58,822 bases of DNA from a virus. Taxonomy: Duplodnaviria; Caudoviricetes. Each line of letters begins with the position of its first letter. The first letter of the stretch is position 1. This document shows positions 37,879 through 47,930 of the stretch, piece by piece. The stretch spans positions 1 through 58,822 of the IMG/VR virus record IMGVR_UViG_3300035210_000087. One strand, given 5' to 3'. The position numbers and the translations under genes were made by a program. The notes below the pieces were generated by a model, which searched no databases, was not told where the DNA came from, and worked only from the letters and a program-made list of their open reading frames with translations.

Positions 37879-38177
37879 CAGGCATCACCTTCCTTGTCCT
37901 TGGCGAGCTCGGCCTCAACAGCGTTCAGGATCGCGAACGCATCGAGCAGCCACGCGGCCTGATCGTTGTATCCGCCGTCATCAGGCAGATGCGTCATGCC
38001 GAATTCTCCCCGGCAACCGGACCAAATCTGCAGCACCGGCCAGATGTCCTGCGGCAGAACCGAGCAAGGGTCTTCGTGGAAAACCTCGCCGAGAATGGTC
38101 CAGCTCTCGCCGGGGTCTAGCTCGACTGCGAAATCTCCTGGCCTTCTGGAGACCCAGAAGGCGGTTCGGAGTTTTTT
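37878..38177 (-). CDS. tail assembly chaperone frameshift extension (gpT part of gpGT)
   Basis: -1 frame open from slippery A AAA AAC to a TGA overlapping the next ATG; encodes HLPDDGGYNDQAAWLLDAFAIL. Confidence 0.8.
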   Translation of the reverse strand, partial: KKLRTAFWVSRRPGDFAVELDPGESWTILGEVFHEDPCSVLPQDIWPVLQIWSGCRGEFGMTHLPDDGGYNDQAAWLLDAFAILNAVEAELAKDKEGDA

Positions 38178-38752
38178 CTATCCTCGTCTCCCGGCCGCAT
38201 CAGTTCGAGCGCGCGACCGCCGATCTCGATCACGTCCACCGCGTCAAGCCGGTCAAGGAGATCGTCCGGAACCACACCGTTGGACTGGCGGAAAGGCAGA
38301 TCCACATTGACCCACCCCCGCAGCGCATGGGACGCGGCGAGCGGCGGCGCCAGCATCGAGAACATCGTGCGCGCCGCCATCAGCCGGCCGACCAGCGGCG
38401 ACACGCGCATCTGGTCTTCAATGACCTGATATGCCTCGATCAAGTCCGGGGACACTTCGGCCGCATCCGACGTGCCATCGCGCGTCACGATTTCCGCGGC
38501 CTGGTAGGCTTCCACAATGGCGATGAACGGGGCCGCGGTGTCGGGGTCGACATCATCGAGCGCCTTGCGGACCGCCTTGATGATCTCGGCGTTTGAGGGG
38601 TAGCGCGTGACCCCGCGATAAACGAGGTCCGCGTTGAACCGCGCCCGCTCCCAGTAGGTGAGGGGCGCGATGATGTAGACCGGAGCGTCAGGCTTGTCGC
38701 GATGACGCTCCGGGGTGAAACGGTCAGTTTGCCGTCGGGAAGTCACTGCCAT
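38117..38752 (-). CDS. tail assembly chaperone (gpG-like)
   Basis: Between tail tube and tape measure; slippery site near the 3' end. Confidence 0.8.
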   Translation of the reverse strand: MAVTSRRQTDRFTPERHRDKPDAPVYIIAPLTYWERARFNADLVYRGVTRYPSNAEIIKAVRKALDDVDPDTAAPFIAIVEAYQAAEIVTRDGTSDAAEVSPDLIEAYQVIEDQMRVSPLVGRLMAARTMFSMLAPPLAASHALRGWVNVDLPFRQSNGVVPDDLLDRLDAVDVIEIGGRALELMRPGDEDRKNSEPPSGSPEGQEISQSS

Positions 38753-39915
38753 CAGAAATGCACCAGGATCAGACCTGCGTCCGCCACGGTCGCCTGGAAC
38801 GGCAGCGTCTCGGCCATGAGGTTGTTGCGGTCGGTGGGGGTGTTGCCCGTGTACATGATGCCGGGGCAGACCACGCCGATCCGGTTGCCGGCGGTGCTGC
38901 CGAGCGTCGCCGCGAAGCCGGTCACGCTGCCGTTGGTGAAGTTGGTCATGCGGCCAACGGTCTCGGTGACAGACATCAGCGGATCGAGCGAGCCCTTACA
39001 GTCGCGCTGGGTGATGATCGACGGGTCAAAGCCAAGCGCCGCTTCCGGGTTCTCCGGCTGGATGACCGTGACCCCGGCGTCGAAGCTCATCTTCGAGACG
39101 CGCACCACGTTGCGGTCCAGGCGGCACTGGCCACCGATGAAGATTGGCGGCTGGCCGGTATCGACCACGAAGCCGGTCGGGAAGGCCAAGGCCTCCATCC
39201 CAACGAAAATGCCCGTCATCGTGAATTTCAGCGTGCCGGCGCCGCCGGTCGGGACATCGAGCGTCCACGAGCCTTGCATGCCGGTGAAGCGCCAGGCCGC
39301 GCCGTCGATGCAGACCAGGATGGAGCACGACTTGATGATGCTTTGGTCGCTGGTCGGCGTGTACCGGATGTGCTGCGGGATCGCCGCCGTGGTGGACGTG
39401 GAGAGCACCGGGGAGAAGGTCGAGGACAGCGAGGCCACGAGCCCCGTGTTGTCCAAGATCCAGGTGGTGATCGGCGTCACCGGATTGACGGCCAGCGTGA
39501 CCGGGGCGCCCTGGTAGAGCGAGTTGGTGGCGACATAGCCGGTGCCGAGCGTCGCCGTCGTCGCGGTGCCGGCCGTGAGGGCGCTGGCCGAAATCGCCGT
39601 GACGATGCTCTCCTTGTAGCTGCAGCAGGGCATCAGCTTGCCCCACTTCGGCGCCGTGCCGGCCGCGCCACTGCCGCGCGCCATGCAGGTAATCGTCACC
39701 GTGCCCTTGGTGCCGGCCGCGATCGGCGGCGCGTCATCCAGGGAGCCGATCATCTCGGGGTTGGCAACCTGCGACTGCGCGAAGGAGATCGACGCATCCG
39801 CGCGCATGTAGTCCGTTGCCGTCGACGGAGCAGCGCCAGACCAGATGTCGGTGCCGGCTGTGGTCTCCTGCTTAACCGCAACGATGGCATTCCGTTTGCG
39901 GACATACGTCGGCAT
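38752..39915 (-). CDS. major tail tube protein
   Basis: VAVKQETTAGTD N-terminus; position after the tail terminator; AGGAGG RBS. Confidence 0.8.
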   Translation of the reverse strand: MPTYVRKRNAIVAVKQETTAGTDIWSGAAPSTATDYMRADASISFAQSQVANPEMIGSLDDAPPIAAGTKGTVTITCMARGSGAAGTAPKWGKLMPCCSYKESIVTAISASALTAGTATTATLGTGYVATNSLYQGAPVTLAVNPVTPITTWILDNTGLVASLSSTFSPVLSTSTTAAIPQHIRYTPTSDQSIIKSCSILVCIDGAAWRFTGMQGSWTLDVPTGGAGTLKFTMTGIFVGMEALAFPTGFVVDTGQPPIFIGGQCRLDRNVVRVSKMSFDAGVTVIQPENPEAALGFDPSIITQRDCKGSLDPLMSVTETVGRMTNFTNGSVTGFAATLGSTAGNRIGVVCPGIMYTGNTPTDRNNLMAETLPFQATVADAGLILVHF

Positions 39916-39926
39916 ATTGCGTCCTC

Positions 39927-40376
39927 CTAATCGGCAATCGGATTGCCGTAAGCAGTGTGGAACGAGATCGTCAGGGCGAGGCTCGACAACATCAGAGGCG
40001 CCTGGCTTTCCTCTGCGGTGACGACGCGGGTCTCAAACGAGGCCTCGGCCGTGTCTGTCACCACACCGCCGAAGGTTGGGTCGGCCATGATCGCCACGAG
40101 CGTGCGCAGGTAGAGCGCGTTGGCCGTGGGGCCGAGATCGTCATCGACAGCCGCCGTCACCGTCGCATCGACAACTGCCTGCATCTCGTAGGCGGTCTCG
40201 CCGGCGCTCATGGTGTTGTCCGCCGTGTGCTGGCCGTCGTAGACGATCAGCAGCGGGGCTTCCTCCGCATCCGGCACGCTGCGCCGGTTGCGCTGCACGG
40301 TGACGTCAGGCAGCGCCGCAGTGAGCTGCGCCGTCAGTGCCGCCATGACCTGCTCGCGCTTGGACAGATCAGGCAT
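39927..40376 (-). CDS. tail terminator protein
   Basis: SKREQVMAAL..ADPTFGG; synteny. Confidence 0.75.
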   Translation of the reverse strand: MPDLSKREQVMAALTAQLTAALPDVTVQRNRRSVPDAEEAPLLIVYDGQHTADNTMSAGETAYEMQAVVDATVTAAVDDDLGPTANALYLRTLVAIMADPTFGGVVTDTAEASFETRVVTAEESQAPLMLSSLALTISFHTAYGNPIAD

Positions 40377-40683
40377 CGGTCAGCACCAGCAGCCAGCGCA
40401 GGTTGCGCGCGTCGGCCGTCGCCTCCACGACCTCGTAATCACCGGAGGACGTGGTGAGTAGGTCGCCCTTGCGCGGCTTGGTCGGAACCTCCGACTGCAG
40501 CAGGTGCGCCGACTGGACCGAGGTCACGGCCTTCAACTGCCCCAGGCTCGGATATTGTGCCGAGGGCGAAAACAGCATGGCGCTCACCTGCAGAAGACCG
40601 CCGGCAATGGGGGCGTAGACCGCCTCCACCGCCAGGTCCTCGCAGGCGAAGATGCTCGCCATGCCATCCTCGAGAACGCCCAC
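40369..40683 (-). CDS. head-tail joining protein (gpFII-like)
   Basis: SEVPTKPRKGDLL..YEVV..W; follows the capsid gene. Confidence 0.75.
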   Translation of the reverse strand: MGVLEDGMASIFACEDLAVEAVYAPIAGGLLQVSAMLFSPSAQYPSLGQLKAVTSVQSAHLLQSEVPTKPRKGDLLTTSSGDYEVVEATADARNLRWLLVLTDA

Positions 40684-40695
40684 TGACTGCCGAGC

Positions 40696-41748
40696 TCAGC
40701 TCTTGGTCAGGCGGAACAGCGACTTGGGACGCATGCACGCGATCAGCGGATTGCTCTGCAGCTCGAACACGCGCCGGCTGTCCGTCTGCCGCTCGCGACG
40801 CTGCAGCAGGTAGTAGGGCAGGCCAACGCCGGAGATCGTGTCGAATGTGTCCGCCGGCGCGAAGAACGACTGGAACAGGCCGGGGACGCCGCTCATGAAC
40901 GCCCGTGCTTCGTTGGTCGGGACCGCGATCACGCCATCATCGGAACCGCGATAGTTGATCCAGGTGATGCCGCCGAACACGATCGCGTCGTAGGGCAGGA
41001 TTTCCGTGATCTGCGCCAGAGCGTTGGGCGAGGACATCGCGCCGAGCTTGCGCGCCGCGGTGACCTCCTTGCTGACCACGAGCGCGTCAAAGAAGTTGTC
41101 GCCGCAAAGGACGACCGTGCGGCCGCCGTCCATCGCCATGCCCTGAAGCGCCAGCACCATCGAGCGTCGGATGGTGGTGCAGGCCTGCGTCAAGATCGCC
41201 GTATCGGTCCCCATCGTCGAGACCGGGATGTTGATCGCGGTCGGCCGGGACACGCCGAAGAACGAGAACCAATCGTAGAGCAGGCGGCTGTTGTCCGCGT
41301 CGTAGACCTGTCCGTCGATCGCACCGAGATACAGGTGCTCCATGGTCGCGTTGATTTGCTGCCGCAGGCCAACCGGCCCCTCGACGCGCTGTTCAACGAG
41401 CCCCTGCGCAGTCTGCAGGTTGAGGCTGCCGGTCGCCCGCATGGCGAGCAGCTCGTCGGCATTGACCTCGGCCTCGCGCGCCAGATGGACGACTTCCATC
41501 ACGCGGGTCTTGCCGCGGATGATGTCGGCCTGCGACGGCGGCGAGCCGCGCGGAGACGTCTGGATCAGGGAGATGGCGCCCGCCAGCTCGTCGAAGCTGA
41601 CGTATTTCGTGTAGACGCCCTCGCCGGTGAACAGGTTCATCTTCGACAACAGGCCCGGATAGAACGGGATGTTGCGGTTGACGAACGCAGTCAGCGAGAT
41701 GTTGGTGAAGGCGTCCTGGTTGAAGATGTCTACGATGAGGTCGGCCAT
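40696..41748 (-). CDS. major capsid protein (lambda gpE family)
   Basis: DIFNQDAF..LT, LIQTSPRGSP, FAPADT, ELQSNPL..CMRP. Confidence 0.92.
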   Translation of the reverse strand: MADLIVDIFNQDAFTNISLTAFVNRNIPFYPGLLSKMNLFTGEGVYTKYVSFDELAGAISLIQTSPRGSPPSQADIIRGKTRVMEVVHLAREAEVNADELLAMRATGSLNLQTAQGLVEQRVEGPVGLRQQINATMEHLYLGAIDGQVYDADNSRLLYDWFSFFGVSRPTAINIPVSTMGTDTAILTQACTTIRRSMVLALQGMAMDGGRTVVLCGDNFFDALVVSKEVTAARKLGAMSSPNALAQITEILPYDAIVFGGITWINYRGSDDGVIAVPTNEARAFMSGVPGLFQSFFAPADTFDTISGVGLPYYLLQRRERQTDSRRVFELQSNPLIACMRPKSLFRLTKS

Positions 41749-41763
41749 GATGCTGCGCTCCGC

Positions 41764-42132
41764 CTACCGGACGATGATGCCAAGGGCGACAAGGGCAGCG
41801 AGGGCCGTGACCTTCTGCGGCCCGGTGATGCCGGCAGGCCAGGTCAGCAGGTTGCCGTTCACTTCGCACTGGCGGACGTTGACCGTCTGGATCACGTCGG
41901 CCGAAGCAGCCGCAGCCTTCGCGTAGAGGATGCCGGCGGCATTCTGGCTGCCATCGACAGCCGCCGGGGCAAGGATCACATACTTGCCGCCAGTCGTGAT
42001 CTTGCCGAGCACGGTGCCCGGATCGAGATCGGCGCCAGACGCAATGGTCACTTGCTCGCGGCTGAGTGAGCCATTGGCCTCCGACACGAGATGAGCGGCC
42101 CGCCGGGGCCCCTCGGTGAGAACGGTGGCCAC
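41764..42132 (-). CDS. head decoration protein (gpD-like)
   Basis: SEANGSLSRE..GTVLGKIT..DGSQNAAGIL. Confidence 0.9.
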   Translation of the reverse strand: MATVLTEGPRRAAHLVSEANGSLSREQVTIASGADLDPGTVLGKITTGGKYVILAPAAVDGSQNAAGILYAKAAAASADVIQTVNVRQCEVNGNLLTWPAGITGPQKVTALAALVALGIIVR

Positions 42133-42134
42133 GG

Positions 42135-42659
42135 CTATGCCCTCCGGTTGTTGAAGCGCGCGTAGACATCATGCGCGGCGGGGATGGACGCCCGCGGCGC
42201 ACTCGGATCGTTGGCGGTGAAAATCGCCATGGCATCACCAGCAGCGGCCTTGGCGGCAAATGCCATCTCGCGGGCCGCGTCCTGGCTCATCCCGTTCTTC
42301 ATCACCACGGGCAGCAGTGCCGAGAGGTTCATGCGCTGCAGATCTGTGGCGATAGCGCGGACCTCGGCGATGCGGGCATTGACCATCGGCAACGACGCGC
42401 CAACCGACAGAAGCCCAACGATCAGGGCGGGAAAGCCGGCGTCGGTGCAGAGCTGCGCAAGCTCCTGCGCGCCAGCGGAGGTTTCGCCGAGAACTGGCGC
42501 ATCGAGCGACTGAAGCTGCGAGGGCGGGGGCAGCGCCACGAACGCCGGGGGCACGCCTTCCGGCTCAGCGCAGCCAAGAAACTCGGTAGCCGGATCGGGG
42601 GAAGCAGCTTCCTCCGTCAAGCGGGCACCAGGCACGGCCTGGCGCGGTGTCATCGCCAT
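42135..42659 (-). CDS. nested in-frame scaffolding protein (Nu3-like)
   Basis: Internal GAGGAG RBS before ATG (MAMTPRQ) after the protease domain, as in lambda C/Nu3. Confidence 0.6.
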   Translation of the reverse strand: MAMTPRQAVPGARLTEEAASPDPATEFLGCAEPEGVPPAFVALPPPSQLQSLDAPVLGETSAGAQELAQLCTDAGFPALIVGLLSVGASLPMVNARIAEVRAIATDLQRMNLSALLPVVMKNGMSQDAAREMAFAAKAAAGDAMAIFTANDPSAPRASIPAAHDVYARFNNRRA

Positions 42660-43469
42660 GATGGTCTCCTCGATTGTGGAGAGGGAGTCGGCAAGACCTG
42701 CCGCGACGGCCTCGGCGCCCATGAAGGTGCCGGCCTCGGTTGCGCGCACATCCTCGACAGAAAGGCCGCGATTGATGGCCATCTGCTGGCAGAAGGCGCC
42801 GTAGAGCGTATTGACCTGGGTCTGGCATCGGGCCAGCGCTTCGTCGGTCAGCGGCATCGTCTCGACGCCGTCGATCTTGCGCGCACCCGCGTAGATGTAA
42901 GTGACCGAGACGCCGGCCGAGGCCAGCGCCTTGGAGACATCGGCATGGTACAGGACCACGCCAATTGAGCCGGCGATGCCGGTGGACGAGAGCGAAATGG
43001 AGTTGCAGCCGGAGGCGATGGCGTAGGCCGCGCTGCAGGCCCGCGAGTTCACCATGGCCTTGATCGGCTTGCGCTTGCACGCCGCCATGGCCGCGATCTT
43101 GGCGCTGAGCTCCAGCACCCCGGAGGCCTCGCCGCCCGGGCTGTCGATGTCGAGCAGGATCCCGGTGACATCGCTGTCAGCGAAGGCGTCGCACAGCATG
43201 TCGTCGAGCGCCTGGTAGGAGCAGAGGCCAGAGGCGGCATCCATGCCGCTGCCCCGGTGCACGAGCTCGCCGACCACGGGAATGATCGCGGTGCCGGCCA
43301 GGAATTGATACTGGCGCGGGTTGGGCATGTCGGTGGTCGGCACCTCGCCGTCCCACCCTTGCAGCCGGGCGCCCGGCAGCAGCGCGTGCAGCACGGCCGC
43401 GCCGGCGCCGGGCTCGATGAGCTGCGGGCGGCACACGAGGGAGGCCACAAACCGGCGTGCGATCCTCAT
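42135..43469 (-). CDS. S49-family capsid maturation protease (gpC-like)
   Basis: ILLDIDSPGGE, ACSAAYAIAS, GSIGV. Confidence 0.92.
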   Translation of the reverse strand: MRIARRFVASLVCRPQLIEPGAGAAVLHALLPGARLQGWDGEVPTTDMPNPRQYQFLAGTAIIPVVGELVHRGSGMDAASGLCSYQALDDMLCDAFADSDVTGILLDIDSPGGEASGVLELSAKIAAMAACKRKPIKAMVNSRACSAAYAIASGCNSISLSSTGIAGSIGVVLYHADVSKALASAGVSVTYIYAGARKIDGVETMPLTDEALARCQTQVNTLYGAFCQQMAINRGLSVEDVRATEAGTFMGAEAVAAGLADSLSTIEETIMAMTPRQAVPGARLTEEAASPDPATEFLGCAEPEGVPPAFVALPPPSQLQSLDAPVLGETSAGAQELAQLCTDAGFPALIVGLLSVGASLPMVNARIAEVRAIATDLQRMNLSALLPVVMKNGMSQDAAREMAFAAKAAAGDAMAIFTANDPSAPRASIPAAHDVYARFNNRRA

Positions 43470-45040
43470 GGCTTCTTGCCCTTCTTCGCTGGCGGCGGGT
43501 CCTGTGCGGCGTCCGCAGCTGCTCCGGCGTCAGGGGCGGCGATCGCAGCTGGTGCGGCGGCCTTGGTGCCGAAAGAGAGCCCAAGCGCCTCTTCCCGCGC
43601 GTGGTCGTCGGCAAGCTGGGCGTCCACGACCTCGATGTCGTCGCCCCGCTCCGCAACCTCGGCCTGCCGCGAGGTGAGCCCGAGCGCGATGGCTTCGCCG
43701 GTGGCGGCCACGTCCTGCACCGGGTTGAGGTATTCCCAGCGCTCCGGGCGCCACTCGCAGCGGCGAAGGTCCTGCTCGTTGACCGACTTGGGCACCACCA
43801 GCGCCCCGGAAGACAGCGCGTAATCGACGAAGCGGGTCCACACCGGGGTGCAGAACTGCGCGGCCACCAGGTTGAACTGCCACTGGCGGACGGTTCTCTT
43901 GAAGGTGCCGAACATCGCCCGGAACGTCCGGTCGTTGGTGTTGCTCCAGTCGCCGGTGAGCTCCTCGTAGATGAGGTCAGCGCCGGCGGCGACAGTGCGG
44001 TAGGTAGCGGTCAGGAAGGTGTCGAAGTTGCCGCCGACATCGCCCGGGGAGTTGAAGACCACGTCTTCGCCGGCCTCCAAGTAGGTCATGGTGCCGGGCT
44101 CCATCGCCACGTCAGGCGGGCCGCCGTCGGCCGCCTCGCTGATCGGCCCAAGCGTCTCCTGCACGTTCTGAGGCAGCACCATTTCGGCCGCCGGCTTGCG
44201 GATGAAGCCCACGATCAGGGCCACCATCTGCTTCCGGAGCAGCTCGGCATCGAGATACTGGTTGACCTGATAGAGCGTGGTGATCGCGGCGCTGAGCCAG
44301 GGCAGGCCGCGCAACTGGCCGATCCGGGACACATTGTACATGTGCGCCACGTCCTCGGCCGACACGCGGACCGGCGTCGGGGAGATCGCCGGGAAGCCGG
44401 TCAGGAACTCGCCGGGATGCTGGGGCAGCACCCAATAAGCGGTCCGCTTGCCGATCGGGTTGCGCTCGATGCTCTGCACGATCGGGTTGAGGCGGTCGGG
44501 CACCGCATAGGAAAGCGGGAGCTGCTCGCTCGGGATGAGCTGAAGTTGCAGCGGCACCGGCAGGCCGTCGCTCAGCTTACGGGTGCGCAGCCGGCAGAAC
44601 GATTCCCCGGCCTCGACCATCTCCGACACCGCGAGCGCCTGCAGCCCATAGAAGTCGAGCACGCCGTCAGCGTCGGCAACCGCTGTCCAATCGGCCCAGA
44701 GCTCGGTCAGCGCCGCCCGGACCTTTGCGTTTTTGCAAAGCGGGCGCGGCTTGATTCCGCCGCCAACCGTGTGGGTGGACAGCAGCGACATGGAGCGCCG
44801 CGCCATCGGGTTGTTGCGCCGGGCGTCGCGGCTCCGGCGGATCAGCTCGTCGGACGAGGCATTGACGACGGCATTGGGCCCGGAGCTCGTCGGCCGCCAT
44901 GCCGCCATCCGGCGCGTGACGCTGGCACCGTGGTGGGGGTTGGGCTGCGGCGTCAGGCTGGCGGCCAAGCTGTCGCTCATGGCGAAGCTGTTGAGGCCGG
45001 CGGCCTTGACCCGGATGCGCGGCTTGGTTGGCGCGTCCAC
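43466..45040 (-). CDS. portal protein (lambda gpB family)
   Basis: RSRDARRNNP, PLQLQLIPSEQL, GQLRGLPW, LTGDWS, YLNPVQD; probable GTG start. Confidence 0.93.
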   Translation of the reverse strand: MDAPTKPRIRVKAAGLNSFAMSDSLAASLTPQPNPHHGASVTRRMAAWRPTSSGPNAVVNASSDELIRRSRDARRNNPMARRSMSLLSTHTVGGGIKPRPLCKNAKVRAALTELWADWTAVADADGVLDFYGLQALAVSEMVEAGESFCRLRTRKLSDGLPVPLQLQLIPSEQLPLSYAVPDRLNPIVQSIERNPIGKRTAYWVLPQHPGEFLTGFPAISPTPVRVSAEDVAHMYNVSRIGQLRGLPWLSAAITTLYQVNQYLDAELLRKQMVALIVGFIRKPAAEMVLPQNVQETLGPISEAADGGPPDVAMEPGTMTYLEAGEDVVFNSPGDVGGNFDTFLTATYRTVAAGADLIYEELTGDWSNTNDRTFRAMFGTFKRTVRQWQFNLVAAQFCTPVWTRFVDYALSSGALVVPKSVNEQDLRRCEWRPERWEYLNPVQDVAATGEAIALGLTSRQAEVAERGDDIEVVDAQLADDHAREEALGLSFGTKAAAPAAIAAPDAGAAADAAQDPPPAKKGKKP

Positions 45041-45041
45041 C

Positions 45042-45278
45042 TCAATATCCGCTGCAAACCATCCCGCGGAAGGCCCGGATCGGTCGCAGCCAGAAATCCA
45101 CGCCGGCAGTTGAGGTATTGGCGCGCACGTCGGCCTGCATGGTCTGCAGGAGCAGCAGCGCCTTGTCGACGGGGATGCGCGTGATCTGCGCACCGTCCGG
45201 ATAGGCAACGTGGCCGGTGATGCCGGCTCGGGCGATCTCTGCCTTGAGGGCGTCTACATCAGCCTGCGTGTACGCCAT
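45042..45278 (-). CDS. head-tail joining protein (gpW-like)
   Basis: MAYTQADVDALKAEIA; lies between terminase and portal. Confidence 0.8.
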   Translation of the reverse strand: MAYTQADVDALKAEIARAGITGHVAYPDGAQITRIPVDKALLLLQTMQADVRANTSTAGVDFWLRPIRAFRGMVCSGY

Positions 45279-47264
45279 CTATCGACCGATCCTCGCCATA
45301 TATGCCGATCGACCCACACGACGATGCGGGCCAGCCGGCGGTGCTTGGGGGGGATGCGGCCTCGGGGGGGTGAATGGACCCCCAGGCGGCTCCGTTTCGG
45401 AACCATCTTGGTTGGGCCGGCGGCGGAACAGGGTCCAAAACCCTTCTCCGTGCCGGTCGGCACCCAAGATGTAGAGGGCCGCGCGGGCGTAAACCGCACA
45501 ATCTAGCCCCTCGTTCCGTTCTCGCGTTTTGCGCCATTCTCGCTTCGTCTGTCCAGCGCGATCCTTGGTCGTTACCAGTTCTTCGGCCACCATTTGCTTG
45601 ACGGCCTCACTGTCGCACCATTCCGGGAGGTGGACCCAGCCGGCCGGGAAGCCGACACCGTCGCCGCGCGACAGCCAGAGCCGGCGGTAGAAGTCAGACT
45701 TGTAGGTGCTGACTGAGACGTTCCAGATCGCCAGCCCGCGCCTGAGTTTCTGGCCGTTCCAAGAGACATCCACGAAGGTCGGGCCGCTCACCGGCTGGCG
45801 GCGATCGAACCCCTCAACGCCACGCATGCCGAGGATGCGGGGATCGCGCAGCCGGCGGAGCTGGCCGTAGATCGCCGCGGTGTAGAGGCCGGCGACATCG
45901 ACGCCAACCTGATGGATGCGCATCGTCCCACCGTCGGCGCAGGGCCAGTTGGTGGCGAGCAAATCCGCCATTTCGTCCCAGGTTTCCGACTGGGACGGGT
46001 TGCCCCAGACGATTTCACGGGCGATCAGCCAGGACGTGAAGCCTGGACCCCACGCCCACACAAAGAGCTCAAGTCGGTCGGCCTGGTTGTCGATTCCCGC
46101 CGTCAGAACCAGTGCCTCGGCGGGGATAATGCCGGCATCAAGCGGCTCGCGGCGCTCGACCAGCCGTTCCCAGTCCGGCACGTCGCCCTTGTCCTCCCAA
46201 AGCTCGGCCAGCGCGGTGTTGAGGAACACGCGCAGCAGCTCGGGATCGTCCTTGGCCTCGAGGAAGTCGCGGGTGGTCTCAACAATCCGCCGCCACGGGC
46301 TGTAGAGTTCGGAAATGGTGTAACCGGCGATGCCCTGGAACGGCTTGGAAGCCCGCCAACTGCCGACCGACACCGCAAACCGGCGCTCGGCCTCTGACCA
46401 TGGCTTGTCGCACGCCTTGCAGTGCAGTTTCGCCGTCCGCCAGTCGTTGTCCGTCCACTTCACCTGCGAAAAAGTGAGCGTTTGCATGGTGCTGCAGTGC
46501 GGGCACGGGACGAAGTAGCGCCGCTGGTCAGATCCCTCGAACGCTTTGTCGATGCGCGAGCGGCCCAATGTGGTTGGGGAGCTGCAAAGGATAATCTTGC
46601 GGTTCCAAAACGTGGATGTGCGCTTGATCGCCAGCGCCAGCGGGTCGCCTTCCTTGCCGGCGGAGGCGGGATAGCGGTCGACCTCATCGCAGAACAGGAC
46701 GCGGATCGGCCGCATGGCCAGGCCGGCGGCGGCATTGGCGCCCACGATGGTGACATGGCCGCCAGGGAAGACCTTGTGCAGCACGCGGTTGCCGCTGTCC
46801 CAGGACCGGGCCGGCTTGACCTTGGCGGCGAGGGCGGGGCTGTCGCGCAGCATCGGGCGCAGCCGGTCGTTGGACCACGCTTCAGCCGCTACCTCGTTGG
46901 GGGTGACGTAGAGCATCGCCGAGGGGTCGCTCGCGATGTAGTAGCCGACGCCATTGTTCAGGATTTCCGTCTTGCCGACCTGCGAACTCCACTTGAGCAC
47001 CACCTGTTCCACGGTCGGATCGCTGATCGCGTCCATGGGCTCGCGCTGATAGTTGGCGCGCTTGGTGTTCCACTGGCCGGGCTCGGCGGAGGCCTCCGGA
47101 CTTAGCCGCCGGTGGCGGTCAGCCCACTGGCTCACCGTCAACTTCGGCGGCGGCGTCAGCGTCCGCAGCATCATCATCGCCGCTTCCGCCAGCCCAGGCG
47201 GGCCGATCAGCTTCAGGCTCGGCTGCGTAGACGGGAGTGCTAGCGAGAGCTGCGAGGATGTCAT
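45279..47264 (-). CDS. terminase large subunit (lambda gpA family)
   Basis: SSQVGKTE Walker A, LFCDEVDRYP Walker B, SSPT, CPHC, LTAGIDNQ, NEGLDC; start uncertain. Confidence 0.95.
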   Translation of the reverse strand: MTSSQLSLALPSTQPSLKLIGPPGLAEAAMMMLRTLTPPPKLTVSQWADRHRRLSPEASAEPGQWNTKRANYQREPMDAISDPTVEQVVLKWSSQVGKTEILNNGVGYYIASDPSAMLYVTPNEVAAEAWSNDRLRPMLRDSPALAAKVKPARSWDSGNRVLHKVFPGGHVTIVGANAAAGLAMRPIRVLFCDEVDRYPASAGKEGDPLALAIKRTSTFWNRKIILCSSPTTLGRSRIDKAFEGSDQRRYFVPCPHCSTMQTLTFSQVKWTDNDWRTAKLHCKACDKPWSEAERRFAVSVGSWRASKPFQGIAGYTISELYSPWRRIVETTRDFLEAKDDPELLRVFLNTALAELWEDKGDVPDWERLVERREPLDAGIIPAEALVLTAGIDNQADRLELFVWAWGPGFTSWLIAREIVWGNPSQSETWDEMADLLATNWPCADGGTMRIHQVGVDVAGLYTAAIYGQLRRLRDPRILGMRGVEGFDRRQPVSGPTFVDVSWNGQKLRRGLAIWNVSVSTYKSDFYRRLWLSRGDGVGFPAGWVHLPEWCDSEAVKQMVAEELVTTKDRAGQTKREWRKTRERNEGLDCAVYARAALYILGADRHGEGFWTLFRRRPNQDGSETEPPGGPFTPPRPHPPQAPPAGPHRRVGRSAYMARIGR

Positions 47265-47706
47265 GGACCGCTTCGGTGAGAATGGCGTGGATGGCCGCGA
47301 GACCCGGAGCGGCCTCGATGAGCGGCGCCACACGCGAGGGAAGGGCGAGCAGTGCGGTGCGGACAAGCGTCGCGAGGGCAACCCAGGCGCCCCCGACAAC
47401 GGACTTTTCGAGCACCAACCCATCAAGCAGATCAGCTTCGCGCAGCGCCTTGCGCGCACGGGCCGCCAGCAGCAGGTCCTTGGATGAGGGCGCGGCGTTA
47501 TCGTTGCCGTCGTTGCCGCCGCCACGTTTTCGCAGGAAGCGGATGTATCCCTGCACGCACGGAATGACCTCGTAGCGTTTCGCCACGGGCAACGGGATCA
47601 CACCATTGCGGGCATGATAGTAGACCTGGCGCTCTGTCATATCGAGCAACCGGGCAATGACTGTGGCGGGCGCAAATCCGCCGCCAACTTCGGGTTCGGC
47701 AGCCAT
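47119..47706 (-). CDS. terminase small subunit (Nu1-like)
   Basis: IARLLDMTERQV..GVIP..YE...VQGYIRFLR winged HTH upstream of the large subunit. Confidence 0.88.
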   Translation of the reverse strand: MAAEPEVGGGFAPATVIARLLDMTERQVYYHARNGVIPLPVAKRYEVIPCVQGYIRFLRKRGGGNDGNDNAAPSSKDLLLAARARKALREADLLDGLVLEKSVVGGAWVALATLVRTALLALPSRVAPLIEAAPGLAAIHAILTEAVHDILAALASTPVYAAEPEADRPAWAGGSGDDDAADADAAAEVDGEPVG

Positions 47707-47930
47707 GCAGTCAGCTCCACGAAAGTTAGGGAGCGGGCTGGACGGCGGCCACCCTCGGCCTTATCGGACCCGATACATCAAGGCCATTGCTGGCACTCGA
47801 CTTGCCGATATTGGGGGCATTTGATGTGAAACGCGAATTTTAAGCTGTATCTCGGGTTGCACCGGGCGTCTGCCACCCTCATTGGTTCCGACGCCGTAGG
47901 GTCCCCTGGCGCCGTCACATCTCACTGAGA

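Noticed and set aside
29867-47105. Long plus-strand ORFs opposite the structural genes (e.g. 33254-35503, 43457-45184, 38758-39930)
   Set aside because: Antisense shadows of GC-rich genes with no recognisable motifs.
47730-47910. Lambda-like cosN/cosQ look-alikes (GGACGGCGGCCACCCT, GGGTCC)
   Set aside because: Similarity is loose and orientation/spacing do not match lambda; termini need read data.
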